Shown: piece after piece, positions 31,522 to 41,643 of the stretch
How the letters are laid out: every line of letters begins with the position of its first letter
Position numbering within the stretch: the first letter of the stretch is position 1
Notes under the pieces: generated by a model
Seen by the model: the letters and a program-made list of their open reading frames with translations, nothing else
What the model was told of the DNA's origin: nothing
Databases searched by the model: none
Position numbers and translations under genes: made by a program
From: Gammaproteobacteria bacterium
Lineage (GTDB): Bacteria > Pseudomonadota > Gammaproteobacteria > SZUA-229
Reading direction: 5' to 3'
NCBI GenBank assembly: GCA_029882355.1
Contig: JAOUKV010000009.1
Span: 14,807 to 78,806, forward strand
DNA length: 64,000 bases

Positions 31522-32391
31522 TTACTGATTACTAAACTGATCTCGCGCTTTTTTTGCACGCTGAAAAATCTCGATAAGTGCATCACCATCACTGTCCTGC
31601 AAAGCACTGCTGATCATTTGAAGCTGATCTTCGTATTTTTTTATCATACCCAGAATATCTTCACGATTACTCAAACAGATATCGCGCCACATCACTGGAT
31701 CACTGGAAGCAATACGGGTAAAGTCGCGAAAACCACCGGCGGCAAAACGAAATACTTCATCAACTTCTTCAAGATTATTCAGGCAATCAACCAGACCAAA
31801 AGCTAAAATATGCGGCAAGTGACTAGTCCCCGCTAACACCATGTCATGATGCTGCGCAGACATTGATTCAACTTCAGCACCCGCAGCCTGCCACATTTCA
31901 GAAACCAGATTAACTGCATCTGAATCTGTATTTTCTGCAGGTGTAAGAATCACTTTTCGATTTTCGTATAGTTCAGTAAAGGCAGCAGTAACACCGCTTT
32001 TTTCTGTACCGGCAATAGGATGACCAGCGACAAAACGATTCGAACTTTCACCAAAGGCAGCCTGTGCATCTCTGATAACAGATTGTTTAGCACTACCTGC
32101 ATCTGTCACTACCGCCGTCGATGATAAAGCCGGAGCAATTTTTTCAAACACATTTTTCATCGCACTCAGTGGTACCGCAACAACAACAATATCAGCGTCT
32201 TTTACAGCCTCAGCATAGTCGGTTTCATAATGATCGACAACGCCCAATTCTAAAGCTTTCATTAGTGTTGTTTCAGTTCTACCCGCACCAACTATGCGCT
32301 GACAAAAGCCGGATTTTTTTAACGCCAGCGCCAGTGAACCACCGATTAAACCAGTACCAATAATGCACACTGTCTGGACTTTCACTGTCAC
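31522..32391 (-). CDS. tyrA: Prephenate/arogenate dehydrogenase
   Basis: 289 aa with N-terminal Rossmann IIGTGLIGGS. A stand-alone gene, not fused to aroA. Confidence 0.85.
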   Translation of the reverse strand: MTVKVQTVCIIGTGLIGGSLALALKKSGFCQRIVGAGRTETTLMKALELGVVDHYETDYAEAVKDADIVVVAVPLSAMKNVFEKIAPALSSTAVVTDAGSAKQSVIRDAQAAFGESSNRFVAGHPIAGTEKSGVTAAFTELYENRKVILTPAENTDSDAVNLVSEMWQAAGAEVESMSAQHHDMVLAGTSHLPHILAFGLVDCLNNLEEVDEVFRFAAGGFRDFTRIASSDPVMWRDICLSNREDILGMIKKYEDQLQMISSALQDSDGDALIEIFQRAKKARDQFSNQ

Positions 32392-33509
32392 GCTATAATC
32401 TCACTTAAGGTTTTTATAAATCGTTTATTCTGCTCTTCGGTACCGATTGTTATTCGTAAAAATTCCGGCATATTATAATTACCGACAGGACGAACAATAA
32501 CACCTTTCTGTAACAGTGCATCATAGATAACCTGACCATCACGACGTAAATTCACCGCAATAAAGTTACCCATGGTAGGCAAATAATCCAAACCCATATC
32601 ATCAAACGATTTCTGCAAAAACGCTTTACCCTGATCGTTGATTGCAACACTACTTTTAATGTGCTCCTTGTCATCGAGTGAAGCCAATGCGGCTTCCTGA
32701 GCTAACAAATTAGTATTAAAAGGTTGTCTAACTCGGTTTAAAACATCCGCAATTTCAGGGCTAGATAGTGAATAACCAATACGAAGACCGGCTAAGGCAT
32801 AAATTTTCGAAAACGTGCCAGTAATAATAAGATTAGGAAATTTCGCGAGCCATTCACTGGCATCAATCTGCAGTGACTCATCCATATATTCGTTGTACGC
32901 CATATCCAGTACAACAACAACATCATCCGGCAAGTCATTTAATAACTGCTTTAGCACTTGCGGCGGTAGCCAGGTCCCGGTTGGATTGTTGGGGTTTGCG
33001 ATAAAGATAACACGCGTATTTTCATCGACACTGGCTAACAATGATTCAGGATTATGACCTAGCGGCATCGTCGCATGATCAAGCGAGAATGCCTTGGCAA
33101 CATTGGCTTGAGCGCCGACAGCTTGAACAACGATAGGATAAACAGCAAAAGAGTATTCTGAAAAAACAGCCGATGTTTCCGGCGTTAAAAATGCACGAGC
33201 AGCTAATTCAAGAATATCATTAGAACCATTGCCCAATGTTACACAGGCACGGTCAACATTAAATTTTTCGGCTAAACGGGCGCTAAGTTTGAAGCCACCA
33301 CCATCAGGATAGAAATTTACCGAATGAGAGTATTTACGAATCGCCTCAACAGCTTTATCACTTGGACCTAAAGGATTCTCGTTGGAAGCAAGCTTAATTG
33401 AACCAGTAATACCCAACTCACGCTCAAGTTCTTCAACGGGTTTCCCAGGAAGATAAGGTCGAAGTTGTTGTACACCTAATGTTGCCAAAGATAGAAATGA
33501 CTTAGCCAC
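32388..33509 (-). CDS. hisC: Histidinol-phosphate aminotransferase
   Basis: 373 aa class II aminotransferase with a PLP lysine region (TFSKIYALAGLRIGY). Confidence 0.9.
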   Translation of the reverse strand: MAKSFLSLATLGVQQLRPYLPGKPVEELERELGITGSIKLASNENPLGPSDKAVEAIRKYSHSVNFYPDGGGFKLSARLAEKFNVDRACVTLGNGSNDILELAARAFLTPETSAVFSEYSFAVYPIVVQAVGAQANVAKAFSLDHATMPLGHNPESLLASVDENTRVIFIANPNNPTGTWLPPQVLKQLLNDLPDDVVVVLDMAYNEYMDESLQIDASEWLAKFPNLIITGTFSKIYALAGLRIGYSLSSPEIADVLNRVRQPFNTNLLAQEAALASLDDKEHIKSSVAINDQGKAFLQKSFDDMGLDYLPTMGNFIAVNLRRDGQVIYDALLQKGVIVRPVGNYNMPEFLRITIGTEEQNKRFIKTLSEIIA

Positions 33510-33543
33510 AATATTTTATCCAGAGATTAGTTAGAACAGATTA

Positions 33544-34629
33544 TTAAATAACAGCTTTAGGATAGGAACCCAGCACAGTTACCATGGCACTCGCCTTTTC
33601 GATTTCTTCAATCGCCGCCCGTACATTTTCATCATCTCGATGACCATCAATATCCATAAAGAATACGTATTCCCAGACACCTTTACGTGAAGGTCTGGAT
33701 TCAATATTACTCATACTGATATTACGTTTAGCTAAAGGCTCTAGCAAACCAAACAAAGAACCTGGGCGGTTATGCGCGAACACCAACAAGCTGGTGCGAT
33801 CATTGCCACTGGCAGGTGACTGATGTTTACCTATGACGACAAAACGTGTTGTGTTATCAGGCTCATCTTCAATATCCGATTTTAACACCGGCACATCATA
33901 TAATTCTGAAGCTTTGATTCCTGCAATAGCGGCTGAATGCTCATGAGCATGAGCCAACTGCACCGCCTCTGCATTGCTGTTAGCTGCAATACGTTGAGCA
34001 TTTGGCAAGTACTTATCCAGCCACAAACGGCACTGAGCCAGCGACTGCTGATGTGAGTAAACTCGTTCAATGTTGGCAAAATCGGTTTCTTGAGACAGAA
34101 GATTATGACGAATTCTTAACTCGACTTCACCACATATAGTTAATGTCGAAGCCATCAACAAATCCAGAGTATGATTAATCATTCCTTCAGTTGAATTTTC
34201 AACTGGCACCACACCAAAATCTGCACCGTCGGCTTGAACTACGCGAAATACCTCTTCGATATTATCAACCGCTACTTTTTCAAACTGACTACCAAAATGC
34301 TTTACCGAGGCAGAGTGTGTGTAAGTACCTTCAGGGCCGAGAAATGCCACTTTTAAAGGTTTCTCTAACGCCAGACAGGCAGCCATAATCTCTCGAAAAA
34401 TACCTGCAATAGCATTATCATTCAATGGGCCTTTGTTTCTGTCCTTAACCGCCTGTAAAACTTGAGCTTCGCGTTCAGGACGATAAAAATGTCCGGTCTC
34501 GCCCTGAGCCTGTTTTATTTCTGCAACTTTTGCTGCGCATTCAGCACGCTCAGAAACCAACTGCTGTATCGTAGTATCGATTTTATCGATACGCGTTCTA
34601 ACATCAGCAAGTGGGTCTTTTTCTGACAT
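33544..34629 (-). CDS. pheA: Bifunctional chorismate mutase / prephenate dehydratase
   Basis: 361 aa: N-terminal chorismate mutase domain, prephenate dehydratase domain and a C-terminal ACT domain. Confidence 0.92.
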   Translation of the reverse strand: MSEKDPLADVRTRIDKIDTTIQQLVSERAECAAKVAEIKQAQGETGHFYRPEREAQVLQAVKDRNKGPLNDNAIAGIFREIMAACLALEKPLKVAFLGPEGTYTHSASVKHFGSQFEKVAVDNIEEVFRVVQADGADFGVVPVENSTEGMINHTLDLLMASTLTICGEVELRIRHNLLSQETDFANIERVYSHQQSLAQCRLWLDKYLPNAQRIAANSNAEAVQLAHAHEHSAAIAGIKASELYDVPVLKSDIEDEPDNTTRFVVIGKHQSPASGNDRTSLLVFAHNRPGSLFGLLEPLAKRNISMSNIESRPSRKGVWEYVFFMDIDGHRDDENVRAAIEEIEKASAMVTVLGSYPKAVI

Positions 34630-34637
34630 AGTAATAA

Positions 34638-35801
34638 TTAAATTTGTCGAGCGTTTAGCACACCATCGATATCAGTAATCTTAGCGATTACATCATCACC
34701 TATGGCTGTTTCAAGATCAATCAGCGTATAAGCCAAACCATTTCTCGATTCATTTCTCATATGCAAAATATTTGCACCCGATTGACCTAAAACATGTGAA
34801 ATTTGACCAACCATATCCGGCATGTTTTTATTCGCAATAGCCAGGCGAACGTCACCAATACGGGCTAATTTTATATCCGGGAAATTCACTGAATTTTTGA
34901 TATTGCCATTTACCAAAAAATCTTTTAGTTGATCAGCCACCATAATGGCGCAATTGTCTTCAGCCTCAGCGGTTGAAGCGCCCAGATGAGGTAATGTGAT
35001 GACATTCTTTTTGTTTTTAAGTTTCTCAGCAGGAAAATCACAAACGTAGGCACCGATTTTTCCACTATCAATAGCCGCCAATATAGCATCATCATCAACA
35101 ATACCATCACGAGCAAAATTCAGAACCACAGCGCCATCTTTCATGGTAGCGATACGCTCAGCATTCAATAGATTTTTGGTCGCTTCAATCAATGGTACAT
35201 GAAAGGTAATAAAATCAGCTTGTTTTACCAGCTCATCAACACTGGACATTTCTTCGACTTCCGAAGCCATTTTCCAGGCACTTTTCACTGTGATCGTAGG
35301 GTCAAAACCAACCACACGCATCCCCAGGGCAACAGCAGCATTAGCCACCTGAACACCAATCGCACCCAGACCAATCACACCGATAGTACGACCGGGTAAT
35401 TCATAACCGACATATTTTTTCTTGCCATCTTCAACCGCTTTATTTTGCTCTTCGGGTGTACCTTGAACATTGGCCGCGTAATCCCAGGCCTGAACGATAT
35501 TACGGCAGGCTAACAACATGCCAACAATGACCAGTTCTTTAACCGCGTTGGCATTCGCACCCGGCGCATTAAATACTACAACACCTTTTTCACTCAAACG
35601 ATCAACAGGTACGTTATTAGTACCTGCACCAGCTCGACCTACCGCTTTAAGATTGGCTGGGATTTCCATGTCGTGCAATTTCGCAGAGCGTAGAATAATT
35701 GCATCAGGATCAGCATGATCTTCACTGATAGTGTAAGTATCATTCGGTAAACGGCTCAGGCCTTTATCCGAAATATTATTGTAAGTTTTTATATTTATCA
35801 T
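34638..35801 (-). CDS. serA: D-3-phosphoglycerate dehydrogenase
   Basis: 387 aa 2-hydroxyacid dehydrogenase (GxGxxG: IGLGAIG) with a C-terminal ACT domain, adjacent to serC. Confidence 0.88.
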   Translation of the reverse strand: MINIKTYNNISDKGLSRLPNDTYTISEDHADPDAIILRSAKLHDMEIPANLKAVGRAGAGTNNVPVDRLSEKGVVVFNAPGANANAVKELVIVGMLLACRNIVQAWDYAANVQGTPEEQNKAVEDGKKKYVGYELPGRTIGVIGLGAIGVQVANAAVALGMRVVGFDPTITVKSAWKMASEVEEMSSVDELVKQADFITFHVPLIEATKNLLNAERIATMKDGAVVLNFARDGIVDDDAILAAIDSGKIGAYVCDFPAEKLKNKKNVITLPHLGASTAEAEDNCAIMVADQLKDFLVNGNIKNSVNFPDIKLARIGDVRLAIANKNMPDMVGQISHVLGQSGANILHMRNESRNGLAYTLIDLETAIGDDVIAKITDIDGVLNARQI

Positions 35802-35818
35802 ATTGAATAATTTATTTT

Positions 35819-36901
35819 TTAAGATTGGCTGTTTTCAAACGTAGACATGAAAGATATCAGTGCATCAATGCCTTCTTCAGTCATAGCATTATAAATACTG
35901 GCGCGCATGCCACCGACTGAACGATGACCTTTTAAATTAACCAGGCCCTGTTTAGCCGCTTCTTCAATAAACTTTGCGTCGAGATCAGCATTAGCCAGTA
36001 CAAAAGGTACATTCATTAAAGAACGGCAATTTTTTTCAACCGGACTGCTATAAAAACCAGAGGCATCAATCGCCGAGTATAGTTTTTCTGCTTTCTTCTG
36101 ATTGATGCCTGCCATAGAAGACAAACCACCCATTTTCAGCAGACGTTCAAAAACCAGACCAGCCAGATACCAGCTATAAGTAGGTGGCGTGTTGTACATA
36201 GAGTCATTATCGGCATGCGTTTTGTAATCAAGCATAACCGGCATAGTGTCTTTAGCTTTACCCAGCAGATCTTCACGAATGATAACGATGGTCAGACCAG
36301 CAGGGCCGATATTCTTTTGTGCGCCCGCGTAAATTAAAGCGAATTTTGAAACATCAATCTGACTCGATAGGATGGTTGATGACATATCAGCCACCAATGG
36401 TACATCACCGGTATCAGGGATATAAGGAAACTCAACACCAACAATCGTTTCATTCGGCGTGTAATGCACATAAGCAGCATCAGGATTGAATTTTAAATCC
36501 GCTTCAGCAGGCACAGTGGTAAATTTACTGTCGCTGGTATCGGCAACAATATTGACATCACAATAACGTTTAGCTTCTTGTATCGCTTTTTTAGACCACT
36601 GCCCTGTCAACAAATAATCAGCCGTAGTTTTATCACCAAGGAGATTAATAGGCACCATTGCAAACTGGCTGCTAGCACCACCCTGTAAAAACAGAACTTT
36701 GTAATTATCAGGAATCAACATCAACTCACGAAGATCAGCTTCGGCTTTTGCAGCAATCGACATATAGTCTTTACCACGGTGACTCATTTCCATGACTGAC
36801 ATGCCTGAACCATTCCAGTCCAGCATTTCATCACGTGCACGTTCAAGAACTTCTGTCGGTAATGCAGCCGGGCCTGCACTAAAATTATAAACTCTGCTCA
36901 T
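35819..36901 (-). CDS. serC: Phosphoserine aminotransferase
   Basis: 360 aa with the conserved SerC N-terminus (NFSAGPA) and a PLP-binding region. Confidence 0.93.
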   Translation of the reverse strand: MSRVYNFSAGPAALPTEVLERARDEMLDWNGSGMSVMEMSHRGKDYMSIAAKAEADLRELMLIPDNYKVLFLQGGASSQFAMVPINLLGDKTTADYLLTGQWSKKAIQEAKRYCDVNIVADTSDSKFTTVPAEADLKFNPDAAYVHYTPNETIVGVEFPYIPDTGDVPLVADMSSTILSSQIDVSKFALIYAGAQKNIGPAGLTIVIIREDLLGKAKDTMPVMLDYKTHADNDSMYNTPPTYSWYLAGLVFERLLKMGGLSSMAGINQKKAEKLYSAIDASGFYSSPVEKNCRSLMNVPFVLANADLDAKFIEEAAKQGLVNLKGHRSVGGMRASIYNAMTEEGIDALISFMSTFENSQS

Positions 36902-36964
36902 GTTATTTTTATTTCTAATTAATTGAAAGAAAAGGTTTAAATAATATTTTTTTGGATAAAACGG

Positions 36965-39565
36965 CTATTCGTTATCTTCACCGGCCTCATCATTAATATC
37001 TGCTTCGTCAACACCACCCTCACAGGACAGCGCATCGATTTTTTCTATTTCGACCAGCTTTTCGCCTTTAGTCAAACGAATCAAACGTACACCCTGAGTG
37101 TTTCGTCCCATTTCGCTAACATCATTAACAGCGATACGCACCAGCGTGCCATTGTTGGTAATCATCATGATTTCGTCGTCGGCTTTCACCTGCACGGCAC
37201 CAACAATTTCGCCATTGCGCTCGTTAGTTTTGATTGAAATCACACCCTGACCGCCACGTCCTTTCAAGGGATAATCGCTAACCACGGTTCGTTTACCGTA
37301 TCCGTTTTCAGTAGAGGTTAGAATCGAGCCTTCTTCATCAATCAAAATCATGCTGATGATTTTTTGTTTTTCAGGCAGCTTCATACCGCGTACACCGGCT
37401 GCTGTTCTGCCCATAGTACGGACATCAGTTTCAGAGAAACGAATGGATTTACCCGCATTGGACAACAGCATGATGTGATTAGAACCATTGGTAATGACCA
37501 CATCGACTAATACATCATCATTTCTCAGATCGACAGCAATAATACCTGAGCTTCTTGGACGTGAGAAGTTGGATAAAGCGGTCTTCTTAACGGTGCCTGA
37601 GCTGGTTGCCATGAAGACAAAATGATCTTCATCGTATTCACGAATTGGCAATACTGCATTAATACGTTCATCTTTCTCTAGCGGCAGCAAATTGATGATA
37701 GGTTTACCGCGTGAACCACGACCTGCCATCGGCAATTGATAAACTTTCAACCAGTAGACTTTGCCGCGACTGGAGAAACACAATAAGGTGTCGTGGGTGT
37801 TGGCCACAAATAGTTTATCGATGAAATCTTCTTCTTTCATGTTGGTCGCCGATTTACCACGACCACCACGACGCTGAGTATTATAAACATCCATGGCCTG
37901 GCACTTGGCATAACCTTCGTGCGAGAACGTCACCACCACATCTTCTTCGGTGATCAGGTCTTCCATGGTGAGATCTAACTGACTCTCAATAATTTCTGTG
38001 CGACGTGCATCACCGTAGTTTTCACGGATTTCATAGAGTTCATCTCGGATCACCTGTAACAGGCGCTCAGGATTCGACAAAATGTCGAGCAAGTCCTTAA
38101 TGATATCCAGTATCTCTTTGAATTCAGTAACGATTTTATCTTGTTCAAGGCCGGTCAGTCTATGTAAACGAAGTTCGAGAATCGACTGCGCCTGCACATC
38201 AGAAAGATGGTAACCGTCTTCTTTCAGACCAAACCGGGGATCAAGCTGGTCGGGGCGTGATGCGTCGTTATTACCATCGGCACCGGCACGACCGATCATA
38301 TCGGTGACCATGCCAGGTGCCCAGACTGTATCAATCAGCGCCTGTTTGGCGATGGCAGGGCTGGGGGATTTTTTGATCAGCGCGATAACTTCATCAATAT
38401 TCGCCAACGCCACTGCTAGGCCTTCCAAAACGTGGCCACGTTCGCGTGCTTTGCGCAATTCGAAAATAGTACGGCGTGTCACCACCTCACGGCGATGACG
38501 GATAAAGGCTTCAATTATCTGCTTGAGATTCAGTAACTGCGGCTGACCATCGACCAGCGCCACCATATTGATACCAAAAACACACTGCATCGAAGTCAGC
38601 TTGAACAGGTTATTCAATACCACCTCGCCGACTTCACCACGGCGCAGCTCAATCACAATGCGCATGCCATCTTTATCGGACTCATCGCGCAGTTCGGTAA
38701 TGCCTTCGATGCGCTTTTCCTTCACCAGCTCAGCAATACGTTCGATCAAACGCGCTTTATTCACCTGATAAGGAATTTCGTTAACAACAATTGTCTGCTT
38801 ACCGTTTTTTTCATTCTCGACAATATGGGCGCGTGATCGCATAACCATACGACCACGGCCCGTTTTATAAGCTTCGCGAATGCCGACAGTACCGTTCAGC
38901 AAGCCCGCCGTTGGTAAATCCGGTGCGGGCAAATGCACCATCAAAGCATCAATATCGAGCGATGGATCATCGATCAGCGCCAGCGTGGCGTTGATGACTT
39001 CGGTTAGATTATGCGGCGGAATATTGGTCGCCATGCCAACAGCTATACCGGAGGATCCATTGACCAGCATATTGGGAACGCGCGTTGGCAGCACGGTAGG
39101 CTCTGATTCAGAGCCATCATAGTTGTCAGCAAAATTGACGGTTTCTTTATCAAGATCAGCCAGCAACTCGTGCGCAATCTTCGACATGCGAACTTCGGTA
39201 TAACGCATGGCCGCGGGTGAATCACCATCGACCGAACCAAAGTTACCCTGACCGTCGACCAGCATGTAGCGTAACGAGAAAGGCTGTGCCATACGTACGA
39301 TGGTATCGTAAACAGCGGTATCACCATGAGGGTGATATTTACCGATGACATCACCGACCACACGTGCCGATTTTTTATAAGGTTTGTTCCAGTCATTACC
39401 CAAAACACGCATCGCATAAAGCACTCTTCGATGCACAGGTTTGAGACCATCACGGACATCCGGTAGAGCACGACCTACAATAACGCTCATTGCGTAGTCC
39501 AGATAGGACTGACGCATTTCATCTTCTAGATTAACCGGGGAAATTTCTTTTGCAAATTCAGACAT
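36965..39565 (-). CDS. gyrA: DNA gyrase subunit A
   Basis: 866 aa. The quinolone-resistance-region context AAMRYTE is present, and the C-terminal beta-pinwheel domain has an acidic tail. Confidence 0.96.
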   Translation of the reverse strand: MSEFAKEISPVNLEDEMRQSYLDYAMSVIVGRALPDVRDGLKPVHRRVLYAMRVLGNDWNKPYKKSARVVGDVIGKYHPHGDTAVYDTIVRMAQPFSLRYMLVDGQGNFGSVDGDSPAAMRYTEVRMSKIAHELLADLDKETVNFADNYDGSESEPTVLPTRVPNMLVNGSSGIAVGMATNIPPHNLTEVINATLALIDDPSLDIDALMVHLPAPDLPTAGLLNGTVGIREAYKTGRGRMVMRSRAHIVENEKNGKQTIVVNEIPYQVNKARLIERIAELVKEKRIEGITELRDESDKDGMRIVIELRRGEVGEVVLNNLFKLTSMQCVFGINMVALVDGQPQLLNLKQIIEAFIRHRREVVTRRTIFELRKARERGHVLEGLAVALANIDEVIALIKKSPSPAIAKQALIDTVWAPGMVTDMIGRAGADGNNDASRPDQLDPRFGLKEDGYHLSDVQAQSILELRLHRLTGLEQDKIVTEFKEILDIIKDLLDILSNPERLLQVIRDELYEIRENYGDARRTEIIESQLDLTMEDLITEEDVVVTFSHEGYAKCQAMDVYNTQRRGGRGKSATNMKEEDFIDKLFVANTHDTLLCFSSRGKVYWLKVYQLPMAGRGSRGKPIINLLPLEKDERINAVLPIREYDEDHFVFMATSSGTVKKTALSNFSRPRSSGIIAVDLRNDDVLVDVVITNGSNHIMLLSNAGKSIRFSETDVRTMGRTAAGVRGMKLPEKQKIISMILIDEEGSILTSTENGYGKRTVVSDYPLKGRGGQGVISIKTNERNGEIVGAVQVKADDEIMMITNNGTLVRIAVNDVSEMGRNTQGVRLIRLTKGEKLVEIEKIDALSCEGGVDEADINDEAGEDNE

Positions 39566-39709
39566 TTAGGATGAGTAACCAGTTTATTATACTTGTTTTA
39601 AAAGCGTTTCCATAAAGCGGGAAATAGTAACACAAATAGCTGAGTCTAGGCACTGTTATGAACAATAAAAACGCATCAATTCACTCAAATAAACATCAAA
39701 TAAAAACAT

Positions 39710-40150
39710 CTAACTTTTTTCACTGAGATCAGCGCTTGCAGAAGTCATTTTTTCCTTCTCACAGGCCGTTTCCGCACTAAATTCATGCCCCAGATATAGA
39801 CAATAACCCAGCCATTTATAAAGAAAGCGATTTAAACGCCATTTAAATTTGATCGCGGTCGCTGGCAAGTGATCAAGACGCTGTCGGCCGTGTTTTAAAT
39901 GCCCTGCCAACACCTCAACCAAACAGGCGTCATGATAAATACGTAGTTTTAGATCTGGCTCAGCAATAAGCTGTTGATTCTCGAAAAAATAATAGGTCAT
40001 TCGGATCGTAGTGGTAAATTTGCTGCGCTCAACAATTTGCAGATGCAAATCCATACATCCCGGCACTACAGATATAGCATGATCACTGATTGCATCAAGA
40101 TCAGCCACCAGTCGCCTAAATCGAAGATAATTATTTTCATGCAAGTCCAT
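39710..40150 (-). CDS. DUF1249 (YqiB-like) protein
   Basis: From the internal start MDLHENNYLRFRRLV, with LHLQIVERSKFTTTIRM, RIYHDACLVEV and FLYKWLGYCL blocks that resemble E. coli YqiB. The ORF-table start at 40270 adds 40 aa of doubtful N-terminus. Confidence 0.6.
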   Translation of the reverse strand: MDLHENNYLRFRRLVADLDAISDHAISVVPGCMDLHLQIVERSKFTTTIRMTYYFFENQQLIAEPDLKLRIYHDACLVEVLAGHLKHGRQRLDHLPATAIKFKWRLNRFLYKWLGYCLYLGHEFSAETACEKEKMTSASADLSEKS

Positions 40151-40369
40151 TAGACTCACATATCCTCTGGGCGCAACCTCTCCACATCCGTAACCATCAC
40201 GAGCGATGATCAAGGATCCAATCATTGATGAATGACTACTCACCCGGCCTGCCTGCGAGAAAAATAGCAAAATCTACTGTTTGTCATATTCATACTACTT
40301 TGTTCGATGATTTATGCATGACGATAGTATAATATAGCGCCCCATCTTATTAGACACTATTGAAACACT

Positions 40370-40957
40370 ATGGCACGCACAGACTCATCATCAGAAGCAC
40401 AAGGCATTCACAAACTTATTAACGATCTTCGCCACCACGAAGCATCCAGACAGTGGTTTGCGGTTTTATTCGTTTTACTGGTTAGCCTTCTGGGCGAACC
40501 CGAACAGATACCATTTTATATAGGCGCAGCCATTGCCGCAGTCGGCACAGTAGTGCGACTCTGGGCATCCGGATATGTCATGAAAAATAAAGAACTGGCA
40601 ACAAGCGGCCCCTACGCCATTGTTAGACACCCACTCTATGTCGGTAACATCCTGCTACTGGTTGGCTTCTCCCTGGCCTCATCATTATGGTGGTCGGATT
40701 TGTTGATGTTTGCACTACTTCTCTTTTACTACCCGCCAACCATTGCTTATGAAGATAAGAAACTTCATGATTTTTTTGGTGAACCGTGGGAAAACTGGAG
40801 CAAAACAACGCATGCGCTACTCCCTACATTCAGCAAACGCGCAGTGAGCAGCGAACAAAGCAGCAGCTGGTCCTTCAAGAAAAGTCTTGTTCAAAATGGT
40901 GAGCCAATCATCGTTATTTATCTCATCGGCTGCCTGTATTTACTCTTTAGCAATTAA
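40370..40957 (+). CDS. ICMT/PEMT-family integral membrane methyltransferase
   Basis: 195 aa multi-TM protein with the ATSGPYAIVRHPLYVGN motif characteristic of isoprenylcysteine carboxyl methyltransferase-like enzymes. Confidence 0.7.
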   Translation: MARTDSSSEAQGIHKLINDLRHHEASRQWFAVLFVLLVSLLGEPEQIPFYIGAAIAAVGTVVRLWASGYVMKNKELATSGPYAIVRHPLYVGNILLLVGFSLASSLWWSDLLMFALLLFYYPPTIAYEDKKLHDFFGEPWENWSKTTHALLPTFSKRAVSSEQSSSWSFKKSLVQNGEPIIVIYLIGCLYLLFSN

Positions 40958-40974
40958 GAGAATAATCATTACTA

Positions 40975-41631
40975 ATGATTAAAGACCTTGATCAATCCAG
41001 CTTGAAACAGTGGATTGAAGATAGCTTAAGCACAAATACAAACATACTGGCTGAAGGCTATCAGGGGAAAACACTTCTCTATAGCAATAATAATCAGAAA
41101 CTGGTAATTAAAATCCCACACGGACGGGGCTTTATCAAATATCTGCATACACGCATGATTCGCCACGAAGCGCGTGTTTATCAGCAGCTACAAAAGTTGG
41201 AAGGTATACCTGTCTGTTACGGTCTCATTGACAAGCAATATCTGGCATTAGAATTTATTAATGGCGACCCCATTCGAAACAAACGCCCCATCAACAATGA
41301 ACATTACTTTAAATCACTGTTTGAGCTAATAGAACAGATGCATACAAAAGGTGTGGGTCACATGGATTTAAAGAAAAAAGATAACCTTCTTGTAACTCAT
41401 CTTGATGAACCTTGCGTTCTAGATTTCGGTGCAGCCATCATCAGAAAAAATGGTTTTCACCCTATCAATCATTTTTTATATCGGTTAGCTATTCGCTTTG
41501 ATTACAATGCCTGGATTAAGCATAAGTACTACCTTAATCTGGATAACATTAGCGAGAAAGATGCTGTTTATTATCGACGCACTTACATTGAAAAAATCGC
41601 AAAAAATATAAAGAAAATATTCCTCCAATAA
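40975..41631 (+). CDS. Minimal eukaryotic-like protein kinase (Kdo/RIO/Bud32-like size, 218 aa)
   Basis: Kinase core motifs in order: LVIKIP (VAIK-like Lys), EARVYQQL (alphaC Glu), HMDLKKKDNLLV (HRDLKxxN catalytic loop) and LDFGAA (DFG). No APE or substrate lobe. Starts 17 bp after the methyltransferase gene. Confidence 0.65.
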   Translation: MIKDLDQSSLKQWIEDSLSTNTNILAEGYQGKTLLYSNNNQKLVIKIPHGRGFIKYLHTRMIRHEARVYQQLQKLEGIPVCYGLIDKQYLALEFINGDPIRNKRPINNEHYFKSLFELIEQMHTKGVGHMDLKKKDNLLVTHLDEPCVLDFGAAIIRKNGFHPINHFLYRLAIRFDYNAWIKHKYYLNLDNISEKDAVYYRRTYIEKIAKNIKKIFLQ

Positions 41632-41643
41632 ATCAAATTGCAT

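Noticed and set aside
39710-40270. 40-aa N-terminal extension of the DUF1249 gene as given in the ORF table
   Set aside because: Homology to YqiB-like proteins begins at the internal Met (MDLHENNYLRF…). The upstream stretch is unconserved and Cys/Gly-rich, so it is probably not translated.
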